DNA from: Candidatus Peregrinibacteria bacterium
Lineage (GTDB): Bacteria > Patescibacteriota > Gracilibacteria > UBA1369
NCBI GenBank assembly: GCA_963708185.1
Contig: OY970195.1
Span: 192,001-256,000 of the forward strand
DNA: 64,000 bases
Direction of reading: 5' to 3'
The position numbers and the translations under genes are program-made. How positions within the stretch are numbered: position 1 is the stretch's first letter; every line of letters begins with the position of its first letter. Of the stretch, positions 1 to 10,068 are shown piece after piece. A model generated the notes under the pieces. It was not told where the DNA came from and searched no databases. It worked only from the letters and a program-made list of their open reading frames with translations.

Positions 1-2
1 GG

Positions 3-404
3 TCCCAGGTCATCAAAACGCTCCAGGATCTTCTTCCTGTGGATCCTTTGACGCAGCAGGCGCATGTCCAGTTCTTGTCCTACTCAGGAGCCGCAGGCGG
101 GAAGCTCACCATGAACGCACAGACCGTTGCCGGTTCAAGCGATGCTTTCGGTGACGTCTCGACCCTTCTCAACGTTTTCAACAACAGCTCGTATTTCAAA
201 AACGCTTACGTTCCTTCGATCAGTCACGGGATCACCCAGGCCGGGCAGGGCATCCTGACGTTTGTTTTTAACGTGACCTACGAAGAACAGCTTCCGCAGG
301 CACAGCCTCTCGGAACGCAAAGGGTCCAGACCGGTTCAACGCAGCAAGCCGCGCCTTCCGGTACTTCGGCAGGGGATACCCAGAAAGTTCCCCGTTCGTC
401 TTAA
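3..404 (+). CDS. PilN-like type IV pilus assembly protein (5' end outside window)
   Basis: Frame is open from the window start (SQVIKTLQDLLP...); PilN-like C-terminal half (LTMNAQT...YFKNAYVPSIS); lies upstream of pilO-like and pilC genes. Confidence 0.65.
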   Translation, partial: SQVIKTLQDLLPVDPLTQQAHVQFLSYSGAAGGKLTMNAQTVAGSSDAFGDVSTLLNVFNNSSYFKNAYVPSISHGITQAGQGILTFVFNVTYEEQLPQAQPLGTQRVQTGSTQQAAPSGTSAGDTQKVPRSS

Positions 405-430
405 ATCAATAATATTTTAATTTTTCCGCT

Positions 431-1000
431 ATGGCTTCAACAACAATGTCATCAGCTCCGCATCAATCCTCGAAAAATCTCCTGACGCTTATCGTTTTTC
501 TGGTTGTCTTCATCGGTGCGGTATTTTACGTCAAACCGCTCTGGGATGACGTCAGCAGTCTGAGTCTTGGTCGCGACGATAAAATGCAGCAAAAAGAGCA
601 ATTGACCAACCAGCTCAAAAGTCTCCAGGACATTCAGCAGAGCATGAGCCAGTCTTCGGAAGTTTCCCAGCAGACGACACTCAACGCGATTCCACAGCGA
701 TTGGAGCAGGATAAGCTTATTACTGATTTGACCGGCATCGCGACGGCAAACGATATTGCCCTCAACAGCGTCAATTTCACCATTAACGCCGCTTCAAGCG
801 ACCGTATCAAAAAGGCAGGCGTCAACGCAAACCTGACCGGCGATCTCGGCGGACTTCTCGGGTTTTTGAAAGGTGTCGAGTCCAGTACCCGCAAACTGTC
901 GGTCAAGACGATCAGCGTTCAGACCGGGACGACCGATACCGGCATTCCCCGCGTCAATTTTAACGTCAACATGGAAGCTTACTATCTGGATAGTATTTAA
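431..1000 (+). CDS. pilO: Type IV pilus assembly protein PilO-like
   Basis: N-terminal TM helix, coiled coil, then 'LTGDLGGLLGFLKGVESSTRKLSV', typical of PilO; operon context. Confidence 0.75.
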   Translation: MASTTMSSAPHQSSKNLLTLIVFLVVFIGAVFYVKPLWDDVSSLSLGRDDKMQQKEQLTNQLKSLQDIQQSMSQSSEVSQQTTLNAIPQRLEQDKLITDLTGIATANDIALNSVNFTINAASSDRIKKAGVNANLTGDLGGLLGFLKGVESSTRKLSVKTISVQTGTTDTGIPRVNFNVNMEAYYLDSI

Positions 1001-1018
1001 TGTTGTTTTCTCTTCCCT

Positions 1019-2242
1019 ATGGAAATTTCTCAACTTCCGAATCAGCCGCAAAAATCCGATAAACCTTCCGCCAAGTCCTTTTTGAAACAGCTTGGGAAGA
1101 AGGCTGAACGTCGCGGCCCTGAAGTCATTTACGGACTTTACGACAGCGCCCATCAGCCGATGATGACGCGACTGAACGATTTTTTGATCGATCACAGTAA
1201 CGTCCCGCTCCAGGAAAAATCCTACTTTTTCCAGCTGCTTTCCGTGATGGTCGATGCCGGCATTCCGGTCATCCAGGCCGTAAAGATGCTCGCCCGCAGA
1301 ACGGAAAGCGAAAGGTTCCGCAGGGTTTTGAACACCGTGGCGTATAGCGTGAGCCAGGGAAAGAATCTTTCCGAATCCATGGCTCGTTTTCCGCAGGTTT
1401 TCAGTGAAGTGGAAATCGGCGTGGTCAAAGCCGGTGAAGCCGCAGGGCATCTCGATAAAATGCTCTCCCGTCTGGCGACGCAGCTTGCCAAATCCCATGA
1501 ACTCCAGGTGAAACTTATTACCGCCTCGGTCTATCCGGTGGTGGTTTTGATCGTTCTTTTTCTTGCGGCCACGGGGATGTTGATCTGGGTTATTCCAAGT
1601 CTGCTTCAGCTTTTGACTGAGGGCGGGTTGCCCGCAGACCAGCTGCCGTTCGCCACTAAACTTTTGGTGGGGTTGAGTTTTGTGATGTCCAACTACTGGT
1701 GGGCCGTTTTTCTCGGCATCGCCGTGTTTTATCTCGTTGTCAGATATTCCATTTCCACCGAGAACGGACGATACCGCTGGGATCTTTTCAAACTTCGCAT
1801 TCCCGTCGTGGGAACGCTTCTGCGCAAGGTATTGATCCTTCGTTTTGTCAGCATGCTCGGAATCCTTCTGGAATCCGGGTTGCCCGTGGTCCAGGCGCTG
1901 ACGATCGTGGCGACTTCGCTTAACAACGAGATTTACCGTCTCAAGGTGTTTGAAGTCATCGCCAAGGTCCAGCAGGGACAGAAAATTTCAGACAGTCTGA
2001 TGGACACGCCGTTTTTGTTTCCGGAAACCATCGTGCAGATGATGTCCGTCGGCGAACAGTCCGCCTCGATCGGGTATATCACCCAGAAAGTCGGAACCCA
2101 ATACGATATGGAAATCGATTATTCGCTCAAACAGGTCATGGCACTCCTTGAACCCGTCCTTATCGTTTTCGTGGGTTTCACGGTGGCATTGCTGGCGCTC
2201 GCCATTTTGACGCCGATCTTCAAGTTGACCCAGCTTGTATAA
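1019..2242 (+). CDS. pilC: Type II secretion F / type IV pilus platform protein PilC
   Basis: Two T2SSF repeats (QLLSVMVDAGIP..GEAAGHLD; GILLESGLP..MMSVGEQS..LEP). Confidence 0.95.
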   Translation: MEISQLPNQPQKSDKPSAKSFLKQLGKKAERRGPEVIYGLYDSAHQPMMTRLNDFLIDHSNVPLQEKSYFFQLLSVMVDAGIPVIQAVKMLARRTESERFRRVLNTVAYSVSQGKNLSESMARFPQVFSEVEIGVVKAGEAAGHLDKMLSRLATQLAKSHELQVKLITASVYPVVVLIVLFLAATGMLIWVIPSLLQLLTEGGLPADQLPFATKLLVGLSFVMSNYWWAVFLGIAVFYLVVRYSISTENGRYRWDLFKLRIPVVGTLLRKVLILRFVSMLGILLESGLPVVQALTIVATSLNNEIYRLKVFEVIAKVQQGQKISDSLMDTPFLFPETIVQMMSVGEQSASIGYITQKVGTQYDMEIDYSLKQVMALLEPVLIVFVGFTVALLALAILTPIFKLTQLV

Positions 2243-2305
2243 CGGACAAGCGACGGAGAAAGAGTTTGGGTGGAGGATTGCGCGAATGTTCAAACCATCA
2301 ACGTT

Positions 2306-2971
2306 ATGAAAAAAAACTTTGACCATTCAGAAAAAAAACTTCAGGGGTTTACCCTTGTCGAGATGCTCGTCGTCATCGTGATCGTCGGTATTCTGGCGGT
2401 CCTGGCGGTGAGCAGTTTCGGTACCGCTCGACGGAAAGCCCGTCTGGACGTTGCCGTTGATTTGATCGCGAGCAGCATCAAAGAGCAACAGGGCAAAGCA
2501 AGAACAGGGAACCAGGTCAGTGACCAGACGTCCTGTTACGGGGTGGTTTTTCAGAAAGCCGAGCCCTATGTGCAGACGGTGTCCATTCCTTACGTTTCCG
2601 TGGCCAAGGAGCAGAATTCGCCCTATGCCGATTATTGCGATACCAATAATTCCACCGCGCCGATAGTGAAGACGGCTCTCGCCGTCGACCAGGACATTGA
2701 AGTCGACGGCATCCAGAAGGCCGGGGCTTCCGTCGGCAATCTCGCGCTGGTTTTCAAACCTCCTTTCGGGAGCGTCTACCAGGCCGACACGGCCGAGAAC
2801 GTTGCCCCGGACGCAAAGGCCGATCAGAGCATGGTGCAGATTTTTTTCAACCAGGGCGGCAACGATCCGACCGATGAACGAGGTCTGCAGTTTGATCCTT
2901 TGACCGGCATGGTCGGCAGAATCAGCCCTTCCGCCCAAACGCTTACCCAGATTCAATTACCAACGCCATGA
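2306..2971 (+). CDS. Type IV prepilin-like protein
   Basis: Class III signal QG|FTLVEMLVVIVIVGIL; start placed at ATG 2306. Confidence 0.9.
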   Translation: MKKNFDHSEKKLQGFTLVEMLVVIVIVGILAVLAVSSFGTARRKARLDVAVDLIASSIKEQQGKARTGNQVSDQTSCYGVVFQKAEPYVQTVSIPYVSVAKEQNSPYADYCDTNNSTAPIVKTALAVDQDIEVDGIQKAGASVGNLALVFKPPFGSVYQADTAENVAPDAKADQSMVQIFFNQGGNDPTDERGLQFDPLTGMVGRISPSAQTLTQIQLPTP

Positions 2972-3663
2972 AGAAATTTTCTTCCAACAAACAGGCTTTT
3001 ACCCTCGTGGAGGTCATCGTGGCCTTCAGCGTCCTGGTGCTGGTGATCGTGGCTTCGACCAATCTTTTGGTTTCGGTCATACGCAGCAATACCGAAAATG
3101 AAAACACTCTCGTCGCCTATGGGCTTGCCCAGGAAGGACTTGAGGCCGTCCGCAACATGCGCGACAGCGATTGGCTCCTGGGAGCGGATTTTGAGGGGTA
3201 CGTCGGGACGAGCTGCGTCTGGGAAGGTGGATGTTTTCCGCAACAGATCGATACTTCTGCGGATTACGTGTTGGATTTCAGACAGATCGACAGCCAGGGC
3301 GCCGACATTACGCATGCCAGCGATTTGCAGAGTGTATCGCCCTGGATGTTTTATCCCGTGGATTTAAGCGATCCGAACGGGCTGGACTGGCAAAAGACGA
3401 AGCTTTACATTCCCAAAGCACCGGATCAGGGACAAAATCAGGTTCCGGTCTGGTATAAACCCTGCGTCAACGGTTGTGACAATACGGTGACTCAGAGTCC
3501 TTTTTCCCGATACATCGAGGTTGTCCCTGCGGGGTATCAGGCAGGAGATACCGACATTAAAAAATACCGCGTGACTTCTGTCGTGCGTTGGCAGGAGATC
3601 GGTCGTCCCAAAGAAGTACGTTTGACGACTGAACTCACTGACTGGAAAGGAGGCCCGTTATGA
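2968..3663 (+). CDS. Type IV minor prepilin (PilV-like)
   Basis: QA|FTLVEVIVA; LAQEGLEAVRNMRD motif; ATGA overlap with upstream gene. Confidence 0.9.
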   Translation: MKKFSSNKQAFTLVEVIVAFSVLVLVIVASTNLLVSVIRSNTENENTLVAYGLAQEGLEAVRNMRDSDWLLGADFEGYVGTSCVWEGGCFPQQIDTSADYVLDFRQIDSQGADITHASDLQSVSPWMFYPVDLSDPNGLDWQKTKLYIPKAPDQGQNQVPVWYKPCVNGCDNTVTQSPFSRYIEVVPAGYQAGDTDIKKYRVTSVVRWQEIGRPKEVRLTTELTDWKGGPL

Positions 3664-4499
3664 TCCATCACACTTTTAAAACCCGTAATGGATTCACCCT
3701 CATCGAACTTCTCGTGAGCATCGCCATCTTTGTGATGTTCCTCGGCGTTGTGTCGCTGTCGTATATCGGCATCGTGCGTTCGCAGCGTCAGGCCAACGAG
3801 GTGCGCAAGATGTACTCCGACGTCCGCAGTTTTGTTGAGTCGTTGGCAGAAGACATGCGTCTCGGGACGATCGATTACGACTGTTATCAGCCCTCATTGA
3901 GCGCGTCGAACAATTCTCTTCTGGCTTTTTTGGGAGGCATCGTCGCTCATGCCGCACCGAATCCTTTGCCGATACCTCTCCAACTCAATCCGAATCTGAA
4001 TCTTGCGGTTCCTCTGCTTCAACTCCAGAACAACCCGTGTCCTTTCAATGCGATCCTTGATCCTTCAACCTATCATGCGGATCAAAGTCCTTACCTTGCC
4101 ATCGTGAACAAAGACCAGACCCAGAAAGTCGTGTACTGGTTCGACAAGGACAACCAGCAGCTCAAGGTGAAACGCTATGTCGGCCAGAAAGAGGATAATA
4201 CCGATATTCCTCAGTGGTCCGATGCACCGGGATATTCATCCACAGATGACGGGGTCGATCCTTTGAACGGATCCAGGACGCTGCTTTCCGACATGGTGAA
4301 GGTGACGAACCTGACTTTTTCGGTGAACCCTCCGGTCAATCCGTACGCTTCGGCGAATTATGCCAAGAACCAGTACCAGTTCCAGCCAAAGGTGACGCTC
4401 ACCATGACCGTGGAAAACGCTTCCTACAACGTTGCACCGTTCCATCTGAATTTTCAGACGACGCTTTCTTCCAGAGTTTATAGCCGTTCAAGCTCATGA
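3660..4499 (+). CDS. Type IV minor prepilin (PilW-like)
   Basis: NG|FTLIELLVSIAIF; ATGA overlap. Confidence 0.9.
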   Translation: MIHHTFKTRNGFTLIELLVSIAIFVMFLGVVSLSYIGIVRSQRQANEVRKMYSDVRSFVESLAEDMRLGTIDYDCYQPSLSASNNSLLAFLGGIVAHAAPNPLPIPLQLNPNLNLAVPLLQLQNNPCPFNAILDPSTYHADQSPYLAIVNKDQTQKVVYWFDKDNQQLKVKRYVGQKEDNTDIPQWSDAPGYSSTDDGVDPLNGSRTLLSDMVKVTNLTFSVNPPVNPYASANYAKNQYQFQPKVTLTMTVENASYNVAPFHLNFQTTLSSRVYSRSSS

Positions 4500-5742
4500 A
4501 AAACCTTACTGTCACAATGAGGAGAGCAATGTATTCCGCAAAAAAGGGGAGCGCTCTGCTGATAGCTATTCTGGTGATGGGGATTTTGATTACGCTGACC
4601 TTGGGTTTGAGTAACCTGGTCATCCGCGAGATCAGCCAGACCACGGACGTGGTGTCCGCCGGCAAGGCCTATTTTGCGGCCGAAGCGGGCATCGAGAACG
4701 CACTGCTGGATCTTCACGAAAATCTTCCCGGGTATGAAACCCAGAATCCCGGCGATCCCAACGATCCGTACGTTCCGATTCAGGACCCTGCCACGGGCCT
4801 GGACGCACGCTACCGCATTCAAAGTAAAGCTGATCCCACCTACAATAACGTTCCATCTTTCGATTCGGACAAACCGGTTTTCCTGACGGGCGACGTTCCG
4901 ACCAACGTGAGCTTCGCGTACAGCGATCACCCCGAGGCCACTTATAAGGATCTTCCCCTGAGCGAATCGGCGGTCATACCGTTGTATTCGGCAAATTCGG
5001 ACGGAACTTTTTCCAACGTGACGAATTTTTTGATCGAATATTATGTCGATTTCACCCAGGATGAGGCGACGGCATCGCAGATTAATTCCGGGGATTTCAA
5101 GAAGATCGATATTCTACGCTGGAAGATTTTCGGTAAACCGGATCCGAACCAGGGCGGCGACATTTCCAAAACCGACTCGATTTCCGATTTTTTCCCTTCA
5201 ACGTTCGAAGCATCAGCTTCGTTCCCGATGTGTATCGGTACTGATCAGTCGCTGGCTCCGACAGCCAACCATCAGGGATGCCAGTTTCCCGCATTGTTGC
5301 CGAAAGCAGGGGCGAACCTGGGGCCGATGAAATCTCCGGATTGTGGAGCGCCGCCCGCGAGTGTTACCTCACGGATTCCGGGACCGCCACAGGAGGTCTT
5401 GCAGATATCCAGTACAACTGCACCATCAAGGATTTTATCGACCATCATGTCCAGAACTATCTCGTGCTCACCAACGTCATCAATCCGGATGTTTTGCGTC
5501 CGGGGTTAACGTTGAATTCCGCAGAATCCAAAGCCCTGTTCAAGATTCATTATCGCGTGGTGGCCCAGCCTTCCACGACGGATTCAAGTGCTCCGAGACT
5601 GGTTCGCGAAGCCGCTTCCGTCAGTTCGGACGGATACGCCGCGAACGAAAAGGTGAAACAGAGCATCGACGTCAAGATCGACCAGCGTTCGTTCCTGCCG
5701 GTGTTCAACTTCTCGCTCTACCACACCAAGACCGGCAGCTAA
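4496..5742 (+). pseudogene. PilX-like minor pilin split by a -1 frameshift near 5285-5292
   Basis: KG|SALLIAILVM and AYFAAEAGIE (PilX N-terminus) in ORF 4496..5509; a protein-like C-terminus continues in frame 5278..5742. Confidence 0.7.
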
Positions 5743-5814
5743 ACGGTTTGAATTCATGATTGACAGTCGCTCTGAATATCGCTTCAATAAAGGGGTGTTT
5801 TTTAGCTGATATTC

Positions 5815-7347
5815 ATGCCTTCAAAGTTTTATGTCACCACATCAATTGCTTACGTGAATGCCAAACCCCACATCGGGTTCGCCATGGAAGTTATCCAGGC
5901 CGACGTCCTGGCCCGCTATCACCGTCTTCTCGGTGATGATACTTTTTTTATGACCGGAACGGACGAACACGGCATGAAAATCGAGCAAACGGCTGAGGAA
6001 CAGGGCAAAACGCCCCAACAGCTTGTGGATGAGAACTCTGGTTATTTCCGCGCGCTTGAACGTTTGCTGACGCTTTCCAATGATAAGTTTATCCGCACTA
6101 CCGACGATTTTCACATGGAGGGTGCCAAAAAGCTGTGGTCCAAACTCGTGGAATCCGGTGATATTTACAAAGGTTCCTACGAAGGTCTGTATTGCGTGGG
6201 CTGTGAGTCTTTCAAAACGGAACGGGAGATCGTGGACGGCATGTGTCCTCTCCACAAAAAACCTCTGCAAAAGGTTAAGGAGGAGAACTATTTTTTCAAA
6301 CTTTCCAAATATTCCGACGAAATCAAACGGAGGATTTTTGAGCGGGATCTGGTTATTCTCCCGGAAGCCCGCAAGCACGAAATTGTGTCGGTTCTGGACG
6401 AAGGGCTCAAGGACGTCAGTTTTTCCCGTCCCAAAAAAGTGCTGAAGTGGGGGATAGAAGTGCCCGGTGATCCCGACCAGGTAATGTATGTGTGGTGCGA
6501 CGCGCTGTCCAACTATATTACCGGGGTGGGTTATGGCAGTGACGAAAAACAGTTCAAAACGTTTTGGCCCGCGGATGTGCATCTCATCGGTAAAGACATT
6601 CTGCGTTTCCATTCCGCCATCTGGATCGGGATGCTGCTTTCGGCCGGAATCCCCGTTCCGCGGGCGATTTACGTGCACGGGTTCATTACTTCCGAAGGCA
6701 TGAAAATGAGCAAGAGTCTGAACAACGTGGTTGATCCGGTCACGGTGGTCGAACAGTTCGGCGTGGACGCTTTACGGTATTTTTTGTTGAAGGAGATCCC
6801 GACGATGGACGATGGAGACTTCAGCAAAGATCGCTTCAAGATCGTTTACGATTCGGAACTTGCGGACACCTACGGCAATCTCGTCAGCAGAGTCCTGGCA
6901 ATGGCTTCCAAATATTTTGAGGGGAAGATGCCGGAGGCAACGCTTGGAGGCGAGTTTGAACATTTTCACGGTGATTTTGAAAAATTTTGGAAGAGCTATG
7001 ACGAAGCGATTGGAAGGTTTGATCTCAAGGTCGCTTTGGAGCATGTGATCGCCCGGGCGATCGAAGCCAACCAGTTCGTGGAAGTTAACAAGCCCTGGGC
7101 TTTGGCCAAGACCGATCCCGAGAAGCTCGCCCAGGTCATGGTCGTTCTGCTGGAAATGATCCGTCAGACCACACTGGCGTTATTGCCTTTCATCCCAACG
7201 ACCGCGCAGAAAGTCCTTGCCTATTTGGGACAGGGTGAAGTTTCAACATACGGCGCAGCAAGAACCTGGGGCATGCTCAAAGCCGGCACCCAGCTTCAAA
7301 AAGCCGAACCGCTTTTCCCAAAGGTGGCGCCAGAGGCATCTAGCTAA
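5815..7347 (+). CDS. metG: Methionine--tRNA ligase (short form)
   Basis: YVNAKPHIGF, TGTDEHG, CVGC..CPLH zinc knuckle, YVWCDAL, GKDILRFH, KMSKS. Confidence 0.98.
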   Translation: MPSKFYVTTSIAYVNAKPHIGFAMEVIQADVLARYHRLLGDDTFFMTGTDEHGMKIEQTAEEQGKTPQQLVDENSGYFRALERLLTLSNDKFIRTTDDFHMEGAKKLWSKLVESGDIYKGSYEGLYCVGCESFKTEREIVDGMCPLHKKPLQKVKEENYFFKLSKYSDEIKRRIFERDLVILPEARKHEIVSVLDEGLKDVSFSRPKKVLKWGIEVPGDPDQVMYVWCDALSNYITGVGYGSDEKQFKTFWPADVHLIGKDILRFHSAIWIGMLLSAGIPVPRAIYVHGFITSEGMKMSKSLNNVVDPVTVVEQFGVDALRYFLLKEIPTMDDGDFSKDRFKIVYDSELADTYGNLVSRVLAMASKYFEGKMPEATLGGEFEHFHGDFEKFWKSYDEAIGRFDLKVALEHVIARAIEANQFVEVNKPWALAKTDPEKLAQVMVVLLEMIRQTTLALLPFIPTTAQKVLAYLGQGEVSTYGAARTWGMLKAGTQLQKAEPLFPKVAPEASS

Positions 7348-7394
7348 AAATCAGGAAAAATGTTATAATATATGGTAAAAATAAAAAACAAAAT

Positions 7395-9527
7395 ATGCAA
7401 AAATTTATTCGTCATCTTCGTTTTTCCGCTTCTTTTTTTGAGCGTCGCTTGGTTTTCATGGCTGGACCCGAAAGTCCGGGTGAAGGGAATGAAAATAAAA
7501 AACCTCAAAATGCTCCGAAAGAAAGTGTTGATCTCGATAATGAAAACACGCCAGATAACGCTAAATTCGCTGAGCAGTTCAAGAAAGATTTCGCTGACAA
7601 GATTAAAGACAACCAAATGGTCGTCGACCACGTTCAGGATAACGTGACATATCGTTATACTTTTGAGATCAAAAAAGGTGAGGTCAAGATTCAAATCAAA
7701 AAAGTGAATGTCAGTGAACAGAAAGAGAAAGGAGAGACAAATCCTATCAGTACAGAGATCACTTTTTCACGTTTGTATTCCGGGAAAATTTTCGGGATGC
7801 CGGAAGTTCCTAAAGTTTTGGAAGAAAACAAAGCACAACCTGCTCAGCCGACTTTAGATGATGTTGGTAAGAAGATAAGTGAGGCGAAAAATTTCGATGA
7901 ATTCAAAAAAAGTCTTGGAAACACTCCTGATAATATGTTGAGCGAAGCGACATTTCAGAAAGTTTTGGCTGATTATTTTAAGAAGGTTCCAAGTACGGAT
8001 AAAGCACAAGCAGATCAAGTTTCTCAATGGGTTACCGGAACACAGTACCAAGGGAATCCAGCCAAGTTTGTGCAGGATCTGGATTCCGGCAAAGTCTTGG
8101 TCGATGATATGCGGAAAATTTTCGAAAATGCAAACATTCCGGTTGCGAAGAATAAAGAAAAGCAAGGGTCTCCTGAAGCCGGTTCGGAGCAATTGCTGGG
8201 AAAGGAGCAGGCTGAACAACAAATGACAGAAAAGGTGAATGCCATTTTGGCAAAATATGAAACCATGGATCCGAAAATTTTTACTGGTACCTATAAAACT
8301 GTTGAACAGCTTTTGGCAGTCGCTGCTAAGGAGGTTAACGATTTTAATACGGATTTTGCAAAAAAAGTTGACCCCAAAGCTCCTGCGGAAGTAAGGATAA
8401 AGGGCTTCCACATAAGCACGAAAGGTTCTGGGTTCAGTATCGCAGACGTCAGTAATATGAATGAAACCAATGCCTACGATTGGGCTCACAGGGTTTTCCT
8501 TGATAGATCCGAAGCAATAAGAAGCCCCGACGATTATAAAGAATGCTCCACGCTCATGCAGAGAATGACTGACTGCGTCAACGGAGAGGGTATTACATCC
8601 CTTGAATCTAAGATCGCGAATGGAAGCATTGATACACTTGAAAAGTTCAAGGCTGAAATCAACACCATGTTTGACACCTTTATTTCTAAAAAATTGAAAG
8701 CGAGTGATTACAGCCCGAAAGGTCGCGATATGAACATGTGGATTTCGCTTAAAGGTGTCCCTGTCCAGGTCATGTTCAAACAGAACGGAAATATTTCGTG
8801 GTCTTATAAGGGGTTTGAAAATGCTCTGGCTTACAGGTTTTTGGTCGGGACAACCGACAGCAATTCAAACTTGGCCAAGACACTGAAGTTTGATGATAAA
8901 AGTTTAGTTGAAAGAGCGAATCAGTTTGCCGAAGCCCAGCGGTTGACGAGAAATCTTGCCATATCAGCGTGGGCTGACAGTTTTCGGGGAGTGGCCTATA
9001 GTCTTGATATTTTTAAAAAAGGGGACGGTCTCGATTTTAACGCCATCGATGCCAAACTTGTACAAAATGTAGAGGGCATTCTGGCAAAATACCGATATGA
9101 CAGGAATTTATTGAAAGGTTTCGGATTCGGGCTCAATGACTATAATTTTGATTTTAAAGGGGAGCGATATAACTATCATTTCCGTTTTGATGAAAACGGC
9201 AAGCTGCTTATTGATCACACGAAAGAAAAAACCATGAATAAAGACCTTGCTGAGGCTGCGACGAAACAAAAAATGCAGGATTTTTTCAAGAAGTACCAGG
9301 ATATGCCTCCCAAAGAGTTTGCCGGCAAGTTCAAAAGTAACGATGAGTTTTACAAACAGTTTTTGGTCGATGTAGGTTCGTTCACCGATAGTTATGCCCT
9401 TGCTGAAAGAGACCAGAAACTTTATGTGGCGATGAACGGTTTTCATGTAGAAAAAACTGCCGGTTCATCGAGCATCGGGTATGACAACGATTCTTTCTAT
9501 CAACAGAAAAAGAAGGCGGCTGCTTAG
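7395..9527 (+). CDS. Large Lys/Glu-rich hypothetical protein with an internal repeat
   Basis: 710-aa ORF, visibly more AT-rich than neighbours; TG-TATAAT promoter element upstream; no recognised domain. Confidence 0.85.
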   Translation: MQKFIRHLRFSASFFERRLVFMAGPESPGEGNENKKPQNAPKESVDLDNENTPDNAKFAEQFKKDFADKIKDNQMVVDHVQDNVTYRYTFEIKKGEVKIQIKKVNVSEQKEKGETNPISTEITFSRLYSGKIFGMPEVPKVLEENKAQPAQPTLDDVGKKISEAKNFDEFKKSLGNTPDNMLSEATFQKVLADYFKKVPSTDKAQADQVSQWVTGTQYQGNPAKFVQDLDSGKVLVDDMRKIFENANIPVAKNKEKQGSPEAGSEQLLGKEQAEQQMTEKVNAILAKYETMDPKIFTGTYKTVEQLLAVAAKEVNDFNTDFAKKVDPKAPAEVRIKGFHISTKGSGFSIADVSNMNETNAYDWAHRVFLDRSEAIRSPDDYKECSTLMQRMTDCVNGEGITSLESKIANGSIDTLEKFKAEINTMFDTFISKKLKASDYSPKGRDMNMWISLKGVPVQVMFKQNGNISWSYKGFENALAYRFLVGTTDSNSNLAKTLKFDDKSLVERANQFAEAQRLTRNLAISAWADSFRGVAYSLDIFKKGDGLDFNAIDAKLVQNVEGILAKYRYDRNLLKGFGFGLNDYNFDFKGERYNYHFRFDENGKLLIDHTKEKTMNKDLAEAATKQKMQDFFKKYQDMPPKEFAGKFKSNDEFYKQFLVDVGSFTDSYALAERDQKLYVAMNGFHVEKTAGSSSIGYDNDSFYQQKKKAAA

Positions 9528-9579
9528 GCTGTTACGAAGAAAGGCATACGTTTTTTACTTTGCATTCCAAATTTCCTTT

Positions 9580-10068
9580 TTAGCCCCCAGGTTTTGATTC
9601 ACCGCCTGAACTGTTTCCTCCACCTGGAGTTGATTCGCCTCCAGATGGGGTCGAGGGCGTGGTTTGTTGTGTTGTCGTTTGCTGTGCCGTCGGTGTTGTC
9701 AAAACAGTAGAAATGACCACCCTGACGATTCCATAGGCGAGCATGATGACGAGTAAGCCGATAATTGCCCATTCAAGCGTTTTTTTTGCGCCTTCGAGGG
9801 CGTTCTGGTCACCGTGGGAGGTCACATAGCGTAACCCGGAGATAGCAATGATCAAGATCGCAACCGGAGCCGCGAGATATAAAAGGCCGCCGGCGATGAG
9901 CTGCAGGAAGTAATTTCCGTAGTCAGCGGAGGTTCCTCCTTGGATGACCACCACCGGTGCATACTCTGGATGGAGATTCGGGTCCAGGCTAACCTGAGCT
10001 AATGCTGCCGGTATGGTCGCGGTGAGGAGCGTAAATACCAGGCCGATGATGGTGAAGAATTTTTTCAT
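9580..10068 (-). CDS. TrbC/VirB2-like pilin
   Basis: Signal peptide, then 'IIAISGLRYVTSHGDQNALEGAKKTLEWAIIGL'; start at MKKFF. Confidence 0.85.
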   Translation of the reverse strand: MKKFFTIIGLVFTLLTATIPAALAQVSLDPNLHPEYAPVVVIQGGTSADYGNYFLQLIAGGLLYLAAPVAILIIAISGLRYVTSHGDQNALEGAKKTLEWAIIGLLVIMLAYGIVRVVISTVLTTPTAQQTTTQQTTPSTPSGGESTPGGGNSSGGESKPGG

